Source: Gammaproteobacteria bacterium (GTDB lineage Bacteria; Pseudomonadota; Gammaproteobacteria; Pseudomonadales; Porticoccaceae). From it: a stretch of 64,000 bases of DNA. The first letter of the stretch is position 1. Each line of letters starts with the position of its first letter. The notes beneath the pieces were generated by a model. The model was not told the origin of the DNA. It saw only the letters and a program-made list of their open reading frames with translations, and made no database searches. A program made the position numbers and the translations under genes. Shown piece by piece: positions 39,035-46,580 of the stretch. The DNA is taken from the NCBI GenBank assembly GCA_016191205.1, contig JACPPB010000012.1, positions 20,446 to 84,445 on the forward strand, read 5' to 3'.

Positions 39035-39178
39035 CCGGTTGCTGAAAAACGTCACGAAGCTGCCAGATGCGAAGCGCGGGACACGCAACGACTGGGGCAG
39101 ATCCGACAGATAGCCGAAGGAGCGAGCACCGCGCAACGAGGCAGATGGCCGCTGTTACTGCTTTTCAGCAGCCTTCTA
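39032..39178. mobile_element. MITE-like element, copy b (most diverged full-length copy), including TA flanks
   Basis: TA|GCCGGTTGCTGAAAAAC...GCTTTTCAGCAGCCTTC|TA. The core is 143 bp and collinear with copies c-e. The left TA plus the element's first G form the mrr stop codon. Confidence 0.8.
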
Positions 39179-39208
39179 GAGGATGGAAGAAAATCAACGG
39201 AGGTCATC

Positions 39209-39694
39209 ATGTCAATTAATCGCAGCGCACTGCTCATGCTGCTCGCCTGCGGAGTCCTGCTGCAGACTGGCTGCGCCACCCTTCGGGGTCGCGAACCCAT
39301 TCAGGTCATGATGGTGGGCATTGAGCCGCTGCAAGCTGAAGGATTGGAGTTGCGCATGCTGATCAAGCTGCGCGTTCAAAACCCCAATGACTTCCCGCTG
39401 GACTTCAATGGGGTGTCGGTTCAGATGGACGTGCGGGGCAAGCGTTTCGCCACGGGCGTCAGCGACGCCAGTGGCAGCGTGCCGCGTTTTGGCGAAACGA
39501 TCATTGGCGTCCCGGTGAGCGTTTCGGTGTTCGGTATTGCGCGCCAAGCGGTCGATGTCCTGACCAGCGACTACCGCGGGAAGCTCGGCTATGAGATGAC
39601 CGGAAGACTCGCCGGACCCGCATTCAATAGCCTGAATTTCACGTCGCGGGGCGAGCTGACATTGCCCGAAGAAATCTTCCCGAGTGGCCAGTGA
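39209..39694 (+). CDS. LEA_2 / NDR1-HIN1-like (water-stress) lipoprotein
   Basis: Signal peptide plus lipobox: MSINRSALLMLLACGVLLQTGC. Beta-sandwich LEA14-like pattern: LELRMLIKLRVQNPNDFPLDFNGVSVQMDVRGKRFATG. Confidence 0.7.
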   Translation: MSINRSALLMLLACGVLLQTGCATLRGREPIQVMMVGIEPLQAEGLELRMLIKLRVQNPNDFPLDFNGVSVQMDVRGKRFATGVSDASGSVPRFGETIIGVPVSVSVFGIARQAVDVLTSDYRGKLGYEMTGRLAGPAFNSLNFTSRGELTLPEEIFPSGQ

Positions 39695-39751
39695 GCCGGC
39701 AAGTGCCGGCGTTGGTACCGGGTGCTTGGCGAGCCGCTGAAAAGCGCTGCG

Positions 39752-39775
39752 AAGGGGCCAGGAGCCCCTTCTTTT
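39752..39775 (+). terminator. Candidate terminator between the convergent LEA_2 and SDR genes
   Basis: AAGGGGC-cagga-GCCCCTT-ctttt. Confidence 0.55.
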
Positions 39776-39794
39776 GTGCATGGCTTTTCCTGTG

Positions 39795-40643
39795 TCAGGT
39801 CATGCTCGGCAGACCGGTATGCGCGGTGAGTCCACCGTCGATGATGTAGGCGGCGCCGGTGATGAAAGACGCTTCGTCCGAGGCAAGAAACAACACCAGG
39901 TTGGCGATCTCGCGGGGCAGGCCCAGACGGCCGATGGGGTGCGCGCCTGCCATCCGTGCGCGCAGTTTCTCGCGGGTTTCATCGGACAGCCTGGGCAGGC
40001 CGGCAGCACTGCCCGCCACCGACATGTGGGGCGTTGCCGCGCCGCTGCCGGTGAGCGCCTGGATCGCCGGGGTGTCGATGGCGCCAGGGCAGACGCAGTT
40101 CATGCGGACACCCTTGCTGGCATATTCGATGGCCGCGGAGCGGGTGAAGTTGATCACCGCCGCCTTGCCGGCGTTGTAGGCCGACATGCCGTAATCGCCC
40201 CTGGTGCCGGAAACGGATGCGGTGTTGACGATGGCGCCGCCGCCCTGGGCGATCATCACTGGCAATGCGTATTTGGTGGCGAGGAAGGGCGCTGTCACAT
40301 TGACCGCAAGGGTGCGGTTCCAGCCTGCCAGACTGAGGTTGGTGACGGAGCCGACCTCGGCGGCGGTGGCATTGTTGTGGAGGATGTCGAGGCGGCCGAA
40401 CGTCTGCACGGCGTGCTGGATCATGCCCTGCACGGCTTCCGGATCCGTGACATCGGCGACGAAATGGGTCGCCTCGCCACCACGTTCGCGCAGCGTCGCG
40501 GCGACGCGTTGCGCGCCGTCGCCGTTGATGTCCACCACCACCACCTTGGCGCCTTCCTCCTGAAAGCGCAGTGCGGTGGCTTCGCCTATCCCTGAACCGC
40601 CACCCGTAATCAAGGCTACCTTGCCTGCTACTCGTCCCGTCAT
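39795..40643 (-). CDS. Short-chain dehydrogenase/reductase (SDR)
   Basis: KVALITGGGSGIGEATA (TGxxxGxG), NNAG-like HNNA, and the catalytic S...YxxxK region SAYNAGKAAV. Confidence 0.85.
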   Translation of the reverse strand: MTGRVAGKVALITGGGSGIGEATALRFQEEGAKVVVVDINGDGAQRVAATLRERGGEATHFVADVTDPEAVQGMIQHAVQTFGRLDILHNNATAAEVGSVTNLSLAGWNRTLAVNVTAPFLATKYALPVMIAQGGGAIVNTASVSGTRGDYGMSAYNAGKAAVINFTRSAAIEYASKGVRMNCVCPGAIDTPAIQALTGSGAATPHMSVAGSAAGLPRLSDETREKLRARMAGAHPIGRLGLPREIANLVLFLASDEASFITGAAYIIDGGLTAHTGLPSMT

Positions 40644-40686
40644 AACCCCTCCTGTTATTTTAAAAACAATGGATTGTGTACCTTTG

Positions 40687-41598
40687 TTAATTTGTATGCT
40701 GAGCTATGAACTGGCCGATACGGGCGATGGCCTCACGTCCTTCCGGCACCATGGGCGCGAACAGATGCCAAACGTGGACCATCTCGGGCCAGACCTCCAG
40801 CGTGACATCGACGCCCGCCGCCCTGGCATTGGCTGCCGTTCGCGTGGCATCGTCGAGCAGGGTTTCGAGATCGCCGACCTGGATCAACAGCGGCGGTAAG
40901 CCGGTCATATCCGCGTACAGCGGCGAGGCGGTGGGCTGGCGCGGATCGGCGTCGCCCAGATAGATTTTGGCCATCCCGAACAGCCCGCCGGGCTCCACCA
41001 TGGGATCGACGTCGACCTTGGTACGCATGGATTCGCCGGTGCCTTCCAGATCCGTCCAGGGCGAAATGGGTACCGCCGCGCCGGGCAGCGGGGTGCCCGC
41101 GTCGCGCAGTGCCACCAGGGTGGCGAGCGTCAGACCGCCGCCGGCCGAATCGCCGGCGATGCTGATCTTGCCGGGCTTGTAACCCTGCGCCAGCAGCCAG
41201 CGATAGGCCTGGGTGGCGTCCTCGACCGCCGCCGGGTAGCGGTGTTCCGGCGCCAGCCGGTAGTCGAGCGCCAGCGCACGGCAGTTGGCGGCGCGCGACA
41301 GGGCCGCGATCAGGCCCTTGTGCGTGTGGATCGAGCCGATCACATAGCCGCCGCCGTGCAGATACAGCAGCACCCGATCCTGATCCACGCCCGGCGCGCA
41401 GACCCATTCGCCGGGCACGCCGCCGACATCCACCGCCTGGATCTCGGTCCCCGCCGGCGCGGCGGCGAAGTTCTTGGTCGCCTGCACGAAGTTGTCGCGC
41501 ATTTTGCCGACCTTGTCTTTCATCTTTTCGTAGTCGGACGGGCCGGGGTAGTTTTTCCACAATAGTTCGAGCAGTTTCTTGCTTTCCGGGCTGGCCAT
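40687..41598 (-). CDS. Alpha/beta hydrolase, hormone-sensitive-lipase (family IV) type esterase, copy 1
   Basis: Oxyanion motif LYLHGGGYVIG, nucleophile elbow GDSAGGGL, and C-terminal EVWPEMVHVWH. Confidence 0.85.
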   Translation of the reverse strand: MASPESKKLLELLWKNYPGPSDYEKMKDKVGKMRDNFVQATKNFAAAPAGTEIQAVDVGGVPGEWVCAPGVDQDRVLLYLHGGGYVIGSIHTHKGLIAALSRAANCRALALDYRLAPEHRYPAAVEDATQAYRWLLAQGYKPGKISIAGDSAGGGLTLATLVALRDAGTPLPGAAVPISPWTDLEGTGESMRTKVDVDPMVEPGGLFGMAKIYLGDADPRQPTASPLYADMTGLPPLLIQVGDLETLLDDATRTAANARAAGVDVTLEVWPEMVHVWHLFAPMVPEGREAIARIGQFIAQHTN

Positions 41599-41632
41599 GA
41601 TGCTGTTCCTCGATGTGTTTGGGAGTTATTGG

Positions 41633-42526
41633 TTACGCCTGAAAGCGCCCTTGCAGCCAGCCGCCGATCTGCTCCACCGCGCGCTGGCCTTCGTCGAGCA
41701 TGGGCGCAAACGCGTGCCACACGTGGAACAGTTCGGGCGCGTCGACCAGATCGGCTTTCACGCCGACCTTGCGGGCGTTGTTGGCCACGGTGATGGCGTC
41801 GTCGTAGAGAATCTCGCGCCCGCCGACATGGATCAGCAGCGGCGGCAGGCCGGTGAGATCGGCGAACACCGGCGAGGCCAGGGGATGCCTTACATCGGTG
41901 CCTTTCAGGTATTCGCCGGCGAGCCGGAACAGACCGTCCGGTTTCACCATGGGATCGCTGGCGGCGCGCGAAATCACCGCGCCGGCGGTGCCGGTCAGAT
42001 CGGCCCAGGGCGAAATCAGCACGCCGCCGGCGGGCAGCGCCACGCCTAGGTCGCGCAGGTTCACCAGCGTGGCCAGCGTCAGGCCGCCGCCCGCCGAATC
42101 CCCGGCGATGGCGATACGGCCGGGCGCGTAACCTTGCGCCAGCAGCCAGCGGTAGGCCTTGGTGGCGTCGTCCACCGCGGCGGGAAAAGGATGTTCGGGG
42201 GCAAGCCGGTACTCGATGCCGAGCGTGCGGGCACCGGAATGGCGCGATACGTTCTGCATCAGGTAGCGGTGGCTGGTGATGGAACCGATCGCATAGCCGC
42301 CGCCGTGCAGATAGAGCACGGCGCGATCGGGGCGGGAACCCGGCGCGGCCAGCCATTCGCCGCGGATGCCGTCGACATCCACCGGAGTCAGCGTCACATC
42401 GGCGGGCACCTTGAAGCGGGCGCCACCTTCGTCGAGATTGCGGCGTTCCTCCGCGATGGGCACGGTTCCCAGCGGCGGCTGGCGTTCGAAAATCTTCAGC
42501 AGTTTGTCCAGTTGTTGTTGCGACAT
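41633..42526 (-). CDS. Alpha/beta hydrolase, HSL-type esterase, copy 2 (close paralogue of copy 1)
   Basis: Start trimmed to MSQQQLDKLLKIF (cat 42524-42526). Motifs LYLHGGGYAIG and GDSAGGGLTLATLV are present. Long blocks are identical to copy 1 (YRLAPEH.(F/Y)PAAV.DAT.AYRWLLAQGY.PG.I.IAGDSAGGGLTLATLV). Confidence 0.85.
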   Translation of the reverse strand: MSQQQLDKLLKIFERQPPLGTVPIAEERRNLDEGGARFKVPADVTLTPVDVDGIRGEWLAAPGSRPDRAVLYLHGGGYAIGSITSHRYLMQNVSRHSGARTLGIEYRLAPEHPFPAAVDDATKAYRWLLAQGYAPGRIAIAGDSAGGGLTLATLVNLRDLGVALPAGGVLISPWADLTGTAGAVISRAASDPMVKPDGLFRLAGEYLKGTDVRHPLASPVFADLTGLPPLLIHVGGREILYDDAITVANNARKVGVKADLVDAPELFHVWHAFAPMLDEGQRAVEQIGGWLQGRFQA

Positions 42527-42587
42527 AAATCCCCCGGTGGTTTTGCTTGTCGAAAAATGGTTAAAAAAATTTGCGCGCTTGTTTGCT

Positions 42588-43529
42588 TCAGGCGTGCAGC
42601 GCCTTGCGCAACGCCGCCGCGGCCTGGTCGAGAAACTGGCGACCTTCGTCGATTGCCCCTGCCATGGATACAAAGCCGTGGATCTGGTTGCGGTAGCAGA
42701 TGTATTCCACCGGCACGCCGGCGGCGGTGAGTTTGTCGGCGTATTCGGCGCCTTCGTCGCGCAGGGGATCGAAGCCGGCGGTCATCACCAGCGCCGGCGC
42801 CAGGCCGGCAAAATTATCGGCGAGCAGGGGCGAGGCCAGCGGATTGTCCCAGTCTTCGGGCGTGCGCAGGTATTGATCGAAAAACCACTTCATCGCGGTT
42901 GCGGTCAGGAAATAGCCCTCGCCGCAATCCCGATAGGAGGCCGTGTTGGCGCCCATCCGGGTGGCGGGATAGACCAGCAGTTGCAGCGCGATGGGCGGTC
43001 CGTTGCGGTCCCGGGTCATCTGGCTCACCACGGCGGAGAGATTGCCGCCGGCGCTGTCGCCGCCCACCGCGATGCGGCTGCCGTCCGCACCCAGCGGGCC
43101 GGCGTTGGCGGCCGCCCATTCCAGCACCGCGTAGCAATCGAGCGGCGCGGCGGGAAAGGGATGTTCGGGCGCGAGCCGATAGTCCGGCACCAGCACGATG
43201 CAGTCGGCCGCCGCCGCGTAATAACAGGCTTCGGCCTTGTGGGTCTCGGGGCTGCCGATCACCCAGCCGCCGCCGTGATAGTAGATAAGAATCGGCCGGG
43301 GTCCGGTCGGTTGGGTGTCCGGGGTGATGACCAGGGTGCGGATGGCGCCGCCCGGCCCTGGAATCCGCACTTCGGTAACGGATTTCGGCGCGGGCGCCTT
43401 GACGCCCACCATCTCGGTGAGGGTGGCGAAACCGGCCCGGCTTTCGGCAACCGTGCCTTCACCCAGCGCGGGCGCATTGCTGTTGGCGGTCATTTCGAGA
43501 AGTTTCGCGGCCTGGGCGTCGAGGGACAT
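42588..43529 (-). CDS. Alpha/beta hydrolase, HSL-type esterase, copy 3 (more divergent)
   Basis: Motifs IYYHGGGWVIG, YRLAPEHPFPAAP and GGDSAGGNLS. Confidence 0.85.
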   Translation of the reverse strand: MSLDAQAAKLLEMTANSNAPALGEGTVAESRAGFATLTEMVGVKAPAPKSVTEVRIPGPGGAIRTLVITPDTQPTGPRPILIYYHGGGWVIGSPETHKAEACYYAAAADCIVLVPDYRLAPEHPFPAAPLDCYAVLEWAAANAGPLGADGSRIAVGGDSAGGNLSAVVSQMTRDRNGPPIALQLLVYPATRMGANTASYRDCGEGYFLTATAMKWFFDQYLRTPEDWDNPLASPLLADNFAGLAPALVMTAGFDPLRDEGAEYADKLTAAGVPVEYICYRNQIHGFVSMAGAIDEGRQFLDQAAAALRKALHA

Positions 43530-43604
43530 GTTGGGCTCCGGTTAGGGTTATTCGCTTGGATTGGCACCCAGCTTGGGTATGCCGGTGTTGAATACGAGAA
43601 TGGA

Positions 43605-44225
43605 TCAGGTGTCGCTCATTTCTGTCATGAGCTTCGCCACGGAAGTTGCGAGTGGATCGGATGACTGGCTCAATGCTTCAATCACACGCCGCTGGTCTTC
43701 GGCTGGGCGATTTTGGCTCAGCTTGAATTTTCCCTGTACGTCCGTGATTTCGATCTCGAAACCCACAATCATGCCCAGCAGTTTGGCATGTCTCTCTCCT
43801 GAAAAATCGGGCTTCCACGGACTGGGCACAGGTGATTCGTAAATATGGGTTAGTCGGGTAATCAGACCCTCAAGTTTGGCCTCATCCTCAATGAGTCGCG
43901 CTTTGCCGTAGAGGTGAACTACCGCGTAGTTCCATGTTGGGACCCCTGGCGAGGCATACCACGAAGGGGAAACATAGGCGTGTGGTCCCTGAAAGACCGC
44001 CAGTGCTTTACCGCTCGCCGCCAAATGCTGCCATTGTGGATTTGCCCGTGCCATATGGCCAAGCAATTTGCCGTGCGCACCCGCCGTGCTGTCAAAGAGG
44101 AGGGGCAGATGACTGACAAAGGGCATGCCATCGGGAGCTGTCACCAGCGCACCGAAAGGATAGCTTTGGACAAGTGCGGCGATGTGCTCCGGGTTTGTTT
44201 CTTTGAAATGCTTGGGGAGATACAT
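43605..44225 (-). CDS. PaiB-family FMN-binding putative transcriptional regulator
   Basis: Start trimmed to MYLPKHFKETNPEHI (cat 44223-44225). Motifs present: FGALVT, SHLP, GHMARANPQW, FQGPHAYVSPSWY, VPTWNY..VH, KLSQNR. This is the most AT-rich coding stretch in the window by eye. Confidence 0.8.
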   Translation of the reverse strand: MYLPKHFKETNPEHIAALVQSYPFGALVTAPDGMPFVSHLPLLFDSTAGAHGKLLGHMARANPQWQHLAASGKALAVFQGPHAYVSPSWYASPGVPTWNYAVVHLYGKARLIEDEAKLEGLITRLTHIYESPVPSPWKPDFSGERHAKLLGMIVGFEIEITDVQGKFKLSQNRPAEDQRRVIEALSQSSDPLATSVAKLMTEMSDT

Positions 44226-44319
44226 GGCAATTCCTGAGTTCTGACGTGCTTTGGGCACCGCCCGGACTATACGGCCAGCATTTTTACCAATGCAACCGCG
44301 CCGCGTGCCCGGTCGGTGT

Positions 44320-44383
44320 GCCGCTCAACCCAGAAGCTGCTCAACCCAGAAGCCGCTCAACCCAAAAGCCTCTCAACCCAAAA
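44320..44383. repeat. Four tandem 16-bp direct repeats GC(C/T)(G/T)CTCAACCCA(G/A)AA
   Basis: Read directly: gccgctcaacccagaa / gctgctcaacccagaa / gccgctcaacccaaaa / gcctctcaacccaaaa. The last unit contains the TGA stop of the thioesterase gene at 44373. The array lies about 95 nt upstream of the paiB-like start. Confidence 0.92.
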
Positions 44384-44804
44384 GGAAATGGCCAAACAGG
44401 CTGGCGATCGGTTTGTCCGGATCTTCCTGCCAGCAACTGGCCTGCACATTGGCGACGCGGCGCCCCTGCTTGGTGACCTGCGCGCGCGCCCAGGTGGTCG
44501 CGATGCGGCCCGAGCGCAGATAGTCCACCGTCACATTGATGGGCTTGGGCAGGTTGTCGGTGTCCTGATCGTGGGCGAGCTGCACGATGGCGGCGGTTTC
44601 CAGCAGGCCGCCGATGACGCCGCCGTGGAGGGCGGGCAACCAGGGATTGCCGGTGTGAATCCGGTCCGCCTGGAGTTCCACGGTGAGAATGCCGTCCGCT
44701 TCGTGGACCTCGATGTTCAGCGTCTTCATGTAGGGAATGCCGGCCGAGAGCACCCCGAAGTCGTTGTTCGCCTTGGCCAGGCGGATCAGTTCCACGATGC
44801 TCAT
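44373..44804 (-). CDS. PaaI-family (hotdog) thioesterase
   Basis: 143-aa ORF with LHGGVIGGLLETAA, the PaaI/DUF4442-type signature. Confidence 0.75.
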   Translation of the reverse strand: MSIVELIRLAKANNDFGVLSAGIPYMKTLNIEVHEADGILTVELQADRIHTGNPWLPALHGGVIGGLLETAAIVQLAHDQDTDNLPKPINVTVDYLRSGRIATTWARAQVTKQGRRVANVQASCWQEDPDKPIASLFGHFLLG

Positions 44805-45274
44805 GACGAAACCCGCTCCGCCCGCGCTTCGCCGGTCTGGGGCGAGGTGATCATGAAGGTCGCCGCGCAGTTGGCGATGGGATCTTCCGGGTCCAGATGG
44901 TAGGCCAGGGCGCGCACGAAGCAGATGTTGCGCGTCACCTTGTAGCAGTGGCCGGCCGCGGTGACCGGTTGTCCCGGGGTTGCGGGCTTCAGGTAGTCGA
45001 TGCGCAGATCGAGCGTGGCGATCGTCGCGCGCTGTTCCAGGGCGCAGATCACCGAGATGCCGCAGGCCGCATCCAGTACGGTGGTGATGACGCCGCCGTG
45101 CAGCACGCCGGTGGTGGCATTGCCGGCGAGTTCGGCGCGGTAGGGAATGCGCACCACGCCCTTGCCGCGGTCGATATCAATGATTTCCAGCCCGAGAAAA
45201 TTGCCGTGGGGTGACTGGTTTTCCGGCTTGCCGCGAAACGCCAGAATCTGCTGCATCAATGCGTGATCGGTCAT
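44801..45274 (-). CDS. PaaI-family (hotdog) thioesterase, second copy
   Basis: Start trimmed to MTDHALMQQILAF (cat 45272-45274). The motif GVLHGGVITTVLDAACG is present. Its stop overlaps the downstream start as ATGA (44801-44804). Confidence 0.7.
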   Translation of the reverse strand: MTDHALMQQILAFRGKPENQSPHGNFLGLEIIDIDRGKGVVRIPYRAELAGNATTGVLHGGVITTVLDAACGISVICALEQRATIATLDLRIDYLKPATPGQPVTAAGHCYKVTRNICFVRALAYHLDPEDPIANCAATFMITSPQTGEARAERVSS

Positions 45275-45444
45275 GCCGGAACCCGGGTGGTGGCTGCGCC
45301 CTGAGCTGGGTCGCGGCGGGGAGGGCGGATCATAGGAACCGGGGCGCGGCATTGCAATTGCGGCCCCGACAGCGGTCCGCGGTCGGGAGGGGCCGCGAGT
45401 GGTGGTATATTCCATCCTCGCAGTAACTGATTCTGGATACAGCC

Positions 45445-46071
45445 ATGGGACTTTCAAAAACCGAATTGCCGGCACCCGAGCGCGCGCTGCCCGGCCGCGC
45501 CGACAAAATGCAGGTGCCGGAGCGCCACTTCGTCAACGGACATCCTCTGGTGGGTCCTTTCCCCGAGCACCTGCGCTGCGTGCAGTTCGGCCTGGGTTGT
45601 TTCTGGGGCGCCGAGCGCCGCTTCTGGCAGCAGCCCGGCGTTTACACCACGGCGGTGGGCTATGCCGGGGGCTACACGCCGAATCCGACCTACGAGGAAG
45701 TCTGTTCCGGAATGACCGGGCACACCGAAGTGGTGCTGGTCGTCTTCGATCCGGCGCTCACATCGTTGGCCGCGTTGCTGAAGGTGTTTTGGGAAGCTCA
45801 CGATCCTACCCAGGGCATGCGCCAGGGCAACGACGTCGGTACCCAGTACCGCTCCGCGATCTACTGTTATGGTGCGGAACAGTTGCGGCAGGCGCTGGCG
45901 AGTCGCGACGACTACCAGGCCAAGTTGAAGGCGGCGGGGCTCCCGGAGATTACGACCGAGGTTCGCAAAGCGCCGGAGTTCTACTACGCCGAGTTCTACC
46001 ATCAGCAGTATCTCGCCAAAAACCCCGCCGGCTACTGCGGGCTGCGCGGCACCGGCGTGAGTTGCGGCTGA
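45445..46071 (+). CDS. msrA: Peptide-methionine (S)-S-oxide reductase
   Basis: [14 protein letters not shown]...[33 protein letters not shown] is the MsrA active-site GCFWG context. Confidence 0.93.
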   Translation: MGLSKTELPAPERALPGRADKMQVPERHFVNGHPLVGPFPEHLRCVQFGLGCFWGAERRFWQQPGVYTTAVGYAGGYTPNPTYEEVCSGMTGHTEVVLVVFDPALTSLAALLKVFWEAHDPTQGMRQGNDVGTQYRSAIYCYGAEQLRQALASRDDYQAKLKAAGLPEITTEVRKAPEFYYAEFYHQQYLAKNPAGYCGLRGTGVSCG

Positions 46072-46081
46072 TGCGGCGTCG

Positions 46082-46429
46082 GTGTCAGTGAAGAACGGGC
46101 GGCTGATCCACGATGGCGACTGCCCGTTTTGCCGCTGGTACTGCCGCCGCTTCGAGTCCGCCGTGACCCTGGTGGATTTCCGCCGCGCCGGGGCTGCGCT
46201 GGATCTACCCGGCGGCTGCGATCCCGACCGCGCCCTGATTCTGGAGCTGGATGGAGAACGCTACGCCGGCGCCAGGGCACTCTGGCGCCTTGCCCACAGC
46301 CCCGGGCGCCCGGGCGGGAACCTGAATTTCTGGCTGTTCGGCAAGCGTCGTGTCGGCGCGCTGATGTACCCGCTGTTGCGGGCGCTGCGCAATACTTATC
46401 TTGTCATCCGCAAAGCCGGCGGCAAGTAG
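46082..46429 (+). CDS. DCC1-like thiol-disulfide oxidoreductase family (DUF393) protein
   Basis: 115-aa ORF with a GTG start. The N-terminal DGDCPFC motif is characteristic of the DCC family. It lies 10 nt downstream of msrA. Confidence 0.55.
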   Translation: MSVKNGRLIHDGDCPFCRWYCRRFESAVTLVDFRRAGAALDLPGGCDPDRALILELDGERYAGARALWRLAHSPGRPGGNLNFWLFGKRRVGALMYPLLRALRNTYLVIRKAGGK

Positions 46430-46433
46430 CGCC

Positions 46434-46580
46434 TGGCAGGTTGCTGAAAAACGTCGCGAGGGAGCCAGATGCGAGGCGCACGGAGCGCAGCGACCGAGAC
46501 ATATCAAGTAGATAGGCGAGGGAGCGAGCACCGCGCAACGAAGCAGATGGTGCCCGCAGCAGTTTTTCAGCAACCTGCTA
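46434..46580. mobile_element. MITE-like element, copy c
   Basis: TG|GCAGGTTGCTGAAAAAC...GTTTTTCAGCAACCTGC|TA, with a 143-bp core. It sits between convergent genes. The right junction (C+TA, read on the minus strand as TAG) is the stop of the protease gene. Confidence 0.85.

Noticed and set aside
46457-46480. The internal string GCCAGATGCGAGGCGCACGG of the repeat element resembles the E. coli REP/PU consensus (GCC(G/T)GATGCG(A/G)CG...).
   Set aside because: - The similarity is short.
- The local sequence does not form the REP-type hairpin on its own.
- TA-flanked 17-bp TIRs fit a MITE better than a RAYT-associated REP.
- I cannot establish homology without a search.
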